Below, piece after piece: positions 25,346-35,560 of a stretch of 64,000 bases of DNA; position 1 is the first letter of the stretch, and each line of letters opens with the position of its first letter. The notes beneath the pieces were generated by a model. That model worked only from the letters and a program-made list of their open reading frames with translations. It was not told where the DNA came from and did not search any database. Source of the DNA: Octopus bimaculoides. Its lineage: Eukaryota. The translations under genes were made by a program, and so were the position numbers. The stretch is from assembly GCF_001194135.2 (NCBI RefSeq), contig NC_068987.1, positions 92,674,588 through 92,738,587 on the forward strand, written 5' to 3'.

Positions 25346-25738
25346 ATGTAAGTAGAATACATATCCCAGATAAATGTTCATGCATGATAGGTATATGTAT
25401 AACTATGTATAACTATATATTTATGTAATCAAATCTGAACGCCAGGAAAAAGATATTCTGCGGTTGGAAACTCTAATTCTCTAATTTTATTTGTTTCATC
25501 ATTATTTATGTGATAATATATTAAACTGTCTTTTACAAAAGAATAACTGAATGTCAAAATGATAATTTGTTACTGAATTATTTACAATGAAGACAAACGT
25601 TAAATTTAGCAACAGATGTTTGTGTTGCTGATATAAATTATCTGAAATAAAAACCAGCGTATGGATCAGCCTCAACGTAAGCAGCTTGACCTGGTAGATG
25701 CGCGAATCTTCCTCAAAAAAAAACAAAACAGGTTTCTT

Positions 25739-26385
25739 GGATCTAGTTTAAAACGGGTGCACCAGTATTTTCTTAACGAAACACTAACGAAACACTAACG
25801 AAACACTTTGAAACTTGGGACACTGGTAGAATGTGTCATATAAAACATCTTTTACTCTTAGTNNNNNNNNNNNNNNNNNNNNNNNNNNNNNNNNNNNNNN
25901 NNNNNNNNNNNNNNNNNNNNNNNNNNNNNNNNNNNNNNNNNNNNNNNNNNNNNNNNNNNNNNNNNNNNNNNNNNNNNNNNNNNNNNNNNNNNNNNNNNNN
26001 NNNNNNNNNNNNNNNNNNNNNNNNNNNNNNNNNNNNNNNNNNNNNNNNNNNNNNNAACAATTTTAGAGTTCGGATTCTAGAGTTAGGGTTAGTTTTAGGG
26101 TTAGGGTTAGGGTTAGGGTTAGAGTTAACAGTCTAGTTAGGGTTAGGGGATTAATACGATATACACCGTTACAGCGCTAACTGTTTTCAACTGAATAGAC
26201 GTCAGTGATTAGTAGAAATTATCGAAATAAGACAATTTTTTACATGAAATAAATACGAATACAAAACATTTTTTGTGTTCTATAACACAAAATAGATAAG
26301 TATACGAAGTTTGAAAGTCTTTCGGTACCAAAAACACTACATACAACATTAATGAAAACTGGTGCCCCCGTTTTAAACTAGATCC
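25739..26385. mobile_element. Non-autonomous DNA transposon (MITE) with 28-bp TIRs and 8-bp TSD GGTTTCTT; Merlin-like termini
   Basis: Left TIR ggatctagtttaaaacgggtgcaccagt (25739-25766) versus the reverse complement of the right TIR ggatctagtttaaaacgggggcaccagt (26358-26385), one mismatch. TSD at 25731-25738 and 26386-26393. Confidence 0.92.
26081..26148 (+). repeat. Interstitial imperfect (TTAGGG)n tract inside the MITE
   Basis: gttagggttagttttagggttagggttagggttagggttagag...gttagggttagggg. Confidence 0.9.
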
Positions 26386-26859
26386 GGTTTCTTTCATATT
26401 TGTGTCCAAGATATGCAATAGCTGTAAGTCCCTAGGAAACACGAGGACTAAGATACATTTAGTCATAGGCAGGGAGACCCAGGATTAATTTACGCTCATA
26501 CAACATCTAATGCAGTCATACTTACACATAGTCTCCAAATGAAAGTCTATAATACACATTTAATAAGACCTGTTGCACACTATTTTTAATATTTATTGCT
26601 ACAGGCTATACTTCGTATTCTAAAGCGCAGAATATTGTTAATTTTAGACATACCTCGAAATCTTAAATTCATCTAACATATAACTTTACATTCTTCTTTT
26701 CGAATGTATAATTGCGATATTCTGCTACACTGTCACACATTCTGTTGGTTCCTTTATCCTATTCAGGTCGAACATATCTTGTGCAGGATTTATATTTTGA
26801 ATTATTCATTCGTATCGTGTTAACACATTTGATTTATATGTATTGTTTATACGTATGCG

Positions 26860-27000
26860 TTTGATGATGATGATGATGATGATGATGATAATCATGATGA
26901 TGTGGGTGATGATGAGGGTGATGATCCCGATGGTGATGATGATGATGATGATGACGACAATAATGGTGACGAAGATGATGGCGATGATATTCGTGATGCA
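26860..27000. repeat. Degenerate (GAT)n tract
   Basis: Direct reading. Confidence 0.9.
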
Positions 27001-28075
27001 GCTACACATTTCCTATACAGAGTATAATTTGATTAGCTGGGATTTTAAATTGAAGTCTCACCTTGCTCCCAACGCTCACTCAATCCGAAAGGGATCTTCT
27101 AATGGTGGACTTTCGTTCAGTTTCAAGTGCATTGTGTAATATGGCGTGCTTTTATAATCTATTTGTCATGGTTCAGTCCATTGGAAACTAGGTCTGTCAC
27201 ACGCCATTTCAATGCAGCGCTAACCTATATTTTGATCATCGCAAATACGGGTAGCAATCTAACATTGTTGACACCGGAATGACTAAAACGTCTGTTGACT
27301 CACACAAATATGTGTATTCTATTTCTATCCGCAGAGTTTCCAGTTTTATTCACATCGATACTCAATTGCGATAAAATTATCCTGCCTATTTCTCTTAATC
27401 TCTCTTCCGATATTCACATTATTGTCTTTATTTGGTACTCTAAGGCCATTTCGTGTCTTCTTTCATTTTTCTATTCCACAGGATATTTTAAAGTTCTTCC
27501 TAACCTCCAAATATTACAATGGAGATTCTCCAGCTGACAGCATACCATTTTAGACCAGGATCAGGACGCTTCGTCTCTCTTTCTCTCAACTAATATGAGA
27601 CAGCGTTAATCTCCTTCAATCCTAGGAAAATCTTCCATCAGTTAATTCCAGTGTATTGGTTGCTTTATATAATATATTAGGAAATAGCATGACATTACAG
27701 AGGCGTTTAATAATTTAGAGCATTCTGATATTTTCGACTGGATTGAGCATCACCCTCTCATAGCCATTCATATGGTAGACACCTCGTATTTTGCATAGCA
27801 CCATTAGAAAGATAGAGCGCTATGGCCTTTGTTCGGTAGAAGAAAGGATAAGTTGAACAGTCATCTCAAGATACCTTTTGCATTTCGCAAATAAATCTAT
27901 TAAGAACATCTTTTCTCACATTACAATATGACGTCGTCAAGGCAGAGATTCGAATGAATGACATTAGAACAGGAATATAGAAGATCTGCTTGATTAAACG
28001 AGGATAAATGTGACATTGGGGTGTCTGACATTTAGCAAATTTAGGATCAGGAACAACCTAATAATAAAAGCTTAC

Positions 28076-28306
28076 ACGAATATTAGGGGAATACTGAAAG
28101 ACCGGCTCATCATTGGGTTTGTAATTTAGTGGATAAAAGAGGTTTCTGTGCACAATTTCTTGGTTTGAGTGACTGAACCGAGTATTAGACTGAGGTGCTC
28201 TATTTAAGTTGAGTAGCCGTACTCCAGGTGAAAAAACCTCAGAGCACGTGAGCAAGTTAGCCAGACTGACAACCGGACCGATAAGCGTTTCTCCATCAAA
28301 TATTAG
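28076..28306 (-). CDS. Candidate internal exon, phase 0/0, 77 codons (LIFDGETLIGPVVSLANLLTCSEVFSPGVRLLNLNRAPQSNTRFSHSNQEIVHRNLFYPLNYKPNDEPVFQYSPNIR)
   Basis: Strong acceptor cttctcctcttag| and donor |gtaagc. The 231-nt frame is fully open, with an in-frame stop formed by the acceptor and another shortly after the donor. Product not recognised. Confidence 0.45.
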
Positions 28307-29997
28307 CTAAGAGGAGAAGTATCACATCACATGGCATCATAGGGCGCACCTCTCTTGGGTGGAATCTGTATTCTTTTGCTACTTATTGTTTGGACATGAT
28401 CCACACATATATGATGGGTAATCTGTTACCAAAAGCACTCTAAAAAGTTATCGTGATATTGTGGATGACAGCTCAGTGCGGCGATTCAGTGCGGCTGAAA
28501 AAACCTTCAGAGATTCTTGAGCAGACAGAATTATTGCAGCATAATTTTCAAAACGTAACCGGATTTTCAGATTTGTTTTTATAATTTTTAAATTGAGACG
28601 CTTTCCTATCGAAATAAATTCCTCGCAGTTGTTAACAAAAGATCAGAAGTAATTGATATATTAATTAGACGGGAAACTGTGGATGAAAATCTAGGAATCA
28701 GAATTGAGAATATTAGTGAAAATCACAACAAAATAAATGTACAAAAACTTTAGCAAATCTGTCAAGAGGTGGTGAGTATGTCTGCATCCAAGAAACAAAG
28801 ATTAATAATGGAACAAAAGTCGATTATAATTAATAATGCCATTTCACCCTTATGTGGACAGCTTGGACAGTTTTGTATTTATTTGTATCTGCTTTGTGTG
28901 CCAAATAGTAAAATTACCTTGATTTAAATTATTAGATTTGTGTTGTCACACACGCTGTTTACTATAAATACTAACTGTATCGGTTGATTTTCCAATGTTA
29001 TTTTAAACTATGACTTCGTAATAGTTTATAGAGAGCCATGAAATATACAATTTCTTTTGAAATTGTATTTCAGATAACATAACATTTGTTTCTATATTTT
29101 AAATTATTATCGATAATTAGATTATTTCTTCGATACAATTTAACTGATTTTCAGTCGATTGTATTCCGAATTGTATTATTGTTGTCTCATAAATCGATTA
29201 TGCCTTCGATTTTGTTCCATAGTTATAGCCTTACACACAAAAGTAGTTGAAGTCTAATATACATAATAGAAATTAAACAGTGTAAATTAAATAAATAAAT
29301 TCTTCACCGTCGCTCCGTTAGTGGTCATGGTTGAGATAGTACTAAGTTGAGATAGTACAAGAGTTCATTTATTTATATTTATTGGAGCGAACATTATATT
29401 TTAAATAACCCTCCGTGATTTATAGTATGAACATTATTGCTACTAAATGTCATGTGTTAGATATTCATAAATTGCATCTTTCAGAAATCACCACATTTTA
29501 TCTCTGTTACCTTTAATATTTCAGTGTACGCATGGAAATGTATATGTAAACTTGTATGTGATTATGCGTATTTCATTGATCATGCAATGAGGTTCGTCTT
29601 TTTATAAATTACTTATTAAACTTTGGCGTCCTTTTCTCAACCCTGTTTTGCACGTTCTAGCTACTTAATATTTTATTATCCTTCCTATATAATTAGATTC
29701 AAGCGATTAACTTGCGCTGTAGCGACTGGCTCTTAAATTTTAGAAAGGAAGCTTATTGTTTTAAGATTTTACATCTGAAATTAAAATACCTAATGGCTTA
29801 TCCCCCTTTAGAATGCAGCAAAGTTGTAAGGTGGTCGACAGACTGTCAGGTATATTGCTTCACGGTATTTATCCAGTAATCTTTATCTCTCTATCAAAAC
29901 ACTTAAAGATTAAATAACAGTCACGTACTACCAACTTTGATCTCATGTTCCGATATGGAATATCCTAAAAGACATCCCAGATTTCCTTTTATTTCAG

Positions 29998-30088
29998 AAA
30001 TGCAGATATGTCCAGTAGCCTCTCAGGAGCTATTTTGAATCGAAAACGGAAAGGCTATCGAAGCCTTTCAAGTTTGCTTGGATATAAG
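29998..30088 (+). CDS. Candidate exon (NADMSSSLSGAILNRKRKGYRSLSSLLGYK)
   Basis: Strong acceptor tttccttttatttcag|, 91-nt open frame, moderate donor AAG|GTAGAG. Confidence 0.3.
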
Positions 30089-30365
30089 GTAGAGTACAGA
30101 ACTCTAAGTGTAAAAGTTTTCTTTTCATTTCATTCCTTAAGTGAATGTTTCTGAATTGAGGAAATATTTTCTTCAAGTAAATTTTTGATGTTGTTTGCTT
30201 GAGATTTCTTTTCTCACAAGTAAATTTGAATGATTGACCAATATTCTCTTTTAGATACAATAACATAATACAATAATGTTTTTCCTTATAACATTTATGC
30301 GTATAATGGTTTTCTTTTCTTCTGACGTGTGCAGTTTTACTTTCTCCGCATTGCTTTCCGCCTTT

Positions 30366-30558
30366 AGGGCGGTGAGTTGCGGGAATCGTTAGCACGCAGG
30401 ACATTTCATCTGTCTTCACGTTCTTCAAATTCCGCCAAGACCGACCTTGCCCTGCATCTGTTCGGACTCAATACCATAAGTACTATTCGAATTCGGGGGT
30501 CGACCTAATCGACTTAATTCTTCCTCAACCTGCTGGTCTTCTGCCAAAAATTGAAACC
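30366..30558 (+). mobile_element. SINE family A, old copy
   Basis: agggcggtgagttgcgggaatcgttagcacgc...ttcaaattccgccaagaccgaccttgcc...gggggtcgacctaatcgactta...gccaaaaattgaaacca. Confidence 0.8.
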
Positions 30559-31066
30559 AATATCATCATTAACTGACATTTTACTGTCAAATCCATCGCC
30601 ACAGTCCGTAATTGTTCAAACATTTCAATTTTAAGGTCAGTCATTTTCGTTATTCCAATTTTTACGATTTTCGTTCTACATTATTCTCATTCATTTATGT
30701 TATTGTTATTCTGTCCTGGGTTTCAATGTCAGTAATCTGGAAGTTCTCTCCGATTTAACTTTATATTGTCTTATCATTTCTATTCATTGTTTTCTATGTA
30801 TCATATCTATCATTGTAGTTTGCGTTTCCCTGTTTCCGCATATTATTTCTTGACTTTGTGTTTACATTGGGTTTCCAGTCCGCATTTGTTCTTTTGATTA
30901 TTTTGTGTTTTACATTTTGTCGCCTTAAGATAGCGTATCCACCAGGTATATCGCTTATCTTTTATCCATTTTACTCATTCGTCTGCGGTCATGCTAGAGC
31001 ACGGCAAAACGCTGAAGGTTAGTTTTAATCTAACGAATCAACATTAGTAGTTGTTTTTAACTATAG

Positions 31067-31149
<83 letters not shown>

Positions 31150-31159
<10 letters not shown>

Positions 31160-31365
31160 GTTAGAATTTACAACATAGACAAAAGACAAAAGACGAAGAC
31201 GGGTGTCTAAACAACAAACATATATATTAGTTTAACGCTCGGGAAGTGAGGAAGTCTTTTACATTTCGAACCTACGCTCTTCGACAGAAAGGAACACAGA
31301 AATAAACAGAGAGAGAAAATAGAAAAAGGTATAGTGGCTAGCGATCTATCATTATTTACCAAGTA
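31150..31365 (-). mobile_element. Penelope-type terminal-repeat-like segment with a hammerhead motif (related fragment at 42295-42380)
   Basis: Shares gacgaagacgggtgtctaaacaac...attagtttaacgctcggga with 42320-42378 (gacgaggacaggtggtgtaaataac...attagtatgacactcggga). Confidence 0.55.
31256..31291 (-). ncRNA. Minimal type-I hammerhead ribozyme-like motif
   Basis: cttt-CUGUCGA-a-gagc[gtag]gttc-GAA-AUGU-A-aaag. Stem I cttt/aaag, stem II gagc/gttc, GAAA intact, core variant CUGUCGA, stem III palindrome decayed from ACGU to AUGU. Confidence 0.55.
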
Positions 31366-32439
31366 AATAATGTTAGGAAAACAAAATTGTCGATTCAACA
31401 GGCAGGAAGATTGGAAATCCACCTCGATATTCTCCACCACCACCACCAACCATTGTCTCCACCATCGCAACCACTCTTAATAGCAACAGAATTAAAAATC
31501 ATGTACCCGTAATTAACAAATCTGAAGGTACAGTTTTAAGCAATTTCCGTATCCCAGTGATACGGAAAAATGGTACAAAATGTCCCAAGAACTCTAAAAT
31601 ATTGAAATGCCTTCTTAAGAGTCCTGGATGAAACTGATCATATCTGCTTACCGCCAAGGAAACCCTTGTAATGATATAGTATAGGGTGTGCATGCGTGTG
31701 TATGTGTATGTATGTGTATTAGTAGAGACAACATGAATGTCATCTAATACTACGACGCCATATCCGCCCCATTGTTTTCTCTATCATGTTTTTTTTTATG
31801 TAATCATAGACTTTACGTTTAGGATGATACAGTGGTTATTTCTGATAAGATACTCGCCAATTAAATGTTTCTCTGTCACAGATTTCATTGTACAACGAAT
31901 AATAAATTCATCCAAACCAGAATTATTCTATTTCTATTGGAATGCATTCGTTTATTTGTCCATAATCATTACTTCATCTGTATCCTCATCAAAATCTAAG
32001 AATTAATATTGATTAGACTTGATTATGTTATTGCATCATAACACATTTCAAACATGAATGACATTATTTTTTTCAGTAGTAATACAACTTTCGTATTTGT
32101 CCGAATTATGAATGTCAGCATAGTTTTGGATTCTTCTTTTCGAAGTCTTTAATTTTTTCTTTCATTACGCAAAATGTAGAACAATCTGAAATAAAAAGCC
32201 ATCAAATATCAACTAATGCTAAGGTAAGGGGACATTAACGATTCCACTAAAACTGAAAACTCTCAAAGAAAATATTAGACTTTAATTCTTGTAGATATTG
32301 TGCAATTTACAAGCGAGAACAACATTGTAATACTTTCCCTATTATTCAAATAGTGTTCCCTTGCTGTTGGTAGGTAGATGAACATCCTCAACATTATCCA
32401 GGGAAATACCAATCTGCTAATTTGCGCAGCACTTTGGCT

Positions 32440-32722
32440 TCCCATATCCATCTATCGTCCCGACCAACGCCTTGTGAATGAACTTGGCAGACGGAAACTG
32501 TGCGAAAGCCAGTCGCATAAACGTGTGCGTTTGTGCTTGTGTTTGTTCTCCACCACAGCTTAACAACTAGTGTTGGCTTATTTACCTCCTCTCGGAGGGG
32601 AAAGAGACCGATAGCATAAGTGGTAAACTAAAAAAAGTAGTATCGCGGTCAATTTGTTCAACTAAACTTATTGAGGCGGTGCCATAGCACGGCCACACTC
32701 TAGTACAAGAAACAGATAAAAA
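32440..32722 (+). mobile_element. SINE family B, head truncated
   Basis: gaccaacgccttgtgaatgaacttggcagacggaaactg...gaaagagaccgatagcataagt...gaggcggtgccatagcacggccac. Confidence 0.8.
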
Positions 32723-32773
32723 GCTAAAGGACAAGAAGATTTCAGAGACTGTGTGTAGAGTAGAAAATGAATA

Positions 32774-33989
32774 TTATGTTGTCAAGTACTTGCAGAATTT
32801 TAAATTTTGATTTTAAATTATGTATTTTCAAATTAATTTTCGTTAAATTACTTTGACTTTATATATCATTTTCAAGCGCGTGTTTCCATCTCTTTAATCA
32901 TGTTACTCTTTTCTTCTTTTTGAATAATTGGGCCATTTTTTTCCGGAACGTTGAGTACAACACGGCATGGACAAAAAGCAAATTCGCGCAATTTTCTTTT
33001 TCCAGTTCAAGCTGGGCCGAAAAGCTGCTGAAACAGCTCACGATATCAACGATGCGTTTGGCCCAGGAACCACTAATGAACGTACAGCACAATGGTGGTT
33101 TAAGAAATTTCGTAGCGATGACGAGAGTCTTGAAGATGATAAGCGTAGTGGTCAGCCATCGGATGTTGACAACGATCAACTATGAGCTTTAGTCGAAGCC
33201 AATCCACAAGAGCTTGCTTCTGAATTAGACGTATACGACAATTTCCAACTACTTGAAAGAAATTGGAAAAAAATAATAATTGAGAAATNNNNNNNNNNNN
33301 NNNNNNNNNNNNNNNNNNNNNNNGACCGGAGTTTGACTTGCGATGAAAAGTGGATTCTTTATGACAACCAGCGACGTTCAGCTCAGTAGTTGGGACACTG
33401 ACGAATCTCCACGGCACTTCCCAAAGCCAAAGTTGCACCAAAACAAGGTCATGGTGACTGTTTGGTGGTCTGCGGCCGGTCTCATCCATCACAGCATTTT
33501 GGATCCAGGCGAAACCATTACGGTGGAGAAGTAGTGTCAGCAAATGGATGAAATGCATGAGAAACTCCGACAACAACAGCCAGCATTGGTCAATAGAAAA
33601 GGACAAAATTTTCTCCACGACAACGCTCGGCCGCCCGTTGCACAACTGACCCTGCAAAACTTCAACAAATTGAGCTACAAAACTCTGCCTCATCCAACAT
33701 ACTTACCAGACCTCTGGCCAACCGTATACCACGTTTTCAAGCATCTCGACAACTTCCTGCGTGAGAAATGCTTCAAACACCAAGAGGATGCTAAACACGC
33801 CTTCAACGACTTCATCGCAACCAGAACGCATGATTCTTACGCTACTGGCATAAATAAACTTGTTTCGCGTTGGCAAAAGTATGTTGATTCTGATGGTGTT
33901 TATATCGATTAATTAAGGTTTGTTTGAGCCGAGATATGTGCATCTGAATTTAAAGGTTAAATACCACAAGAACTTTCTTGACAATCTAA
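32774..33989 (+). mobile_element. Mariner (DD34D, Mos1/Hsmar-like) transposon with a disrupted transposase
   Basis: MDKKQIRAIFFFQFKLGRKAAETAHDINDAFG...WFKKFRS (HTH), TCDEKWILYDN, LHDNARP and HPTYLPDLWPTVYHVFKHLDNFL. TA-flanked ends ttatgttgtcaag / cttgacaatctaa. Contains stops, a deletion and a 34-N gap. Confidence 0.95.
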
Positions 33990-34405
33990 TATGTGGAACG
34001 TGAATGAGAAGAGGAGATTTTAAAATATAGAAATGGTGATACTATTCGCATTACAATGAAATATACTTAAAATTTATAGAAATCTGACGAACTTATTTGC
34101 AGCAAATGGTCGTAGAACTAATGTTTCCATGTGAAATAAAACCGTTTCCAGATTTGCGAACATTTCTTCAAGTTTTTCGTAGACTCAATCTCTGGTTAGG
34201 TTCATTGGATACAGTTGTCTAATCAGAGGAAAAGGCTCGAAAGCGTTACCGAAAACCATATTGTTTGTTGCTTTCAAGTTTAAATGGCAATGACATCCCC
34301 AAACCCAGAAGGGATAAATTATGTGGTCGATATAATCAACTTTTTTATCCTCAAATTTCAAGGATTGTGCCTTTGGTTGAATAAGTTTCTTAGTTCTCTT
34401 GATCT

Positions 34406-34454
<49 letters not shown>

Positions 34455-34486
34455 CACACACGCACGCGCACGATAATCAATTAATA

Positions 34487-35560
34487 TTAGGTTGTTTCAC
34501 ACGATATGTCGTATTTGAAAGGTAACAATAAAATATTTCAGAAGTGTTAGAGAACTGATGTATTTAATCAAAGTATGATCCTTGTTCATTTAGGACGTTT
34601 ACCCAACGTTTCTCTATGTTATATATTCCATCGTTAAAAAAATATTCCCCTTTTGCTTTAATAAACTATCCGAATTCTTCAATTACTTCTTCTCTATTTT
34701 AAGACTGTGTTTTATTGCTTATGAAAAGCTCAAAATGCTTCAATAAGTGATGATCAGTAGGAGAAATATCAGCGGTATAGGGAGGATGTTGCAAAATCTC
34801 ATAATCCAGGCTTTGCAAATTTTGGACCGTAGCTTGAGGAGTGTGAGGACGTGCATTGTCGTGGAGCAAAATTGGGCCGTCTCTATTCACTAGTCTCGGT
34901 TGCTTCTTTTTTCAAATTGTCATGCATACAATTGATTTCCTAGCAATATGATGTTGCTGTTACTGTTATTCCTTGTGGCAAAAATGAATAACTCCCTTCG
35001 CAGACTACCATAATCTTAGGGTGCAGTGGTGGGTTTGGGTAGTGTTTATGTACTATCCTACATCTAATCACTGTCCTGTTCTCCTGATGTTTTAAAACTA
35101 ATGATTTAATGCAAAAATGGTATTTGTCCAGTCAAGAAAGCCATCAGAAGCTCACTTCGAGGCTTCTGTTTTTTTTTTAATCTCGTTCAGTTGATGTGGA
35201 ACAAACCTATCTGTTTTCTTGACGTTTCCCTTTTTTTACAGGTGTCCAAAAACAATTGTGCAAGATGTTTGGAGTTCTGATGAAGGTTTCTGAACCTACG
35301 TTCTCGGATTTTGTTCAACCAAAGCATTTAATCCATCATGCTGAATAACTGATTTTGGCCTACCCATTGGTTTATTTTCAAGGCTATCATCTCCTGAACG
35401 AAAGCTTTGGAACCATCTCTTAACAGTTCTGGTGTCTACAAAACCATTACCAAAGGCCTGCTTGATATTCCGTAGAGCTTCTGCGGCAGAGTGACCTGGT
35501 TTGTATTCATAAGAGAAAATCACTCAACATAGTTTGGTTGTTATCATTTTCATAAGGTCT
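34487..35560 (-). mobile_element. Second mariner transposon, decayed, convergent with the first
   Basis: YEYKPGHSAAEALRNIKQAFG...RWFQSFRSGDDSLENKPMGRP, KKTDRFVPHQLNE and ILLHDNARPH...HPPYTADISPTDHHL. 3' end TA-ttaggttgtttcac at 34485-34500; 5' TIR not found. Confidence 0.92.

Noticed and set aside
26081-26148. True telomere or chromosome-fusion scar
   Set aside because: The tract is short, imperfect and enclosed by TIRs and a TSD of a MITE.
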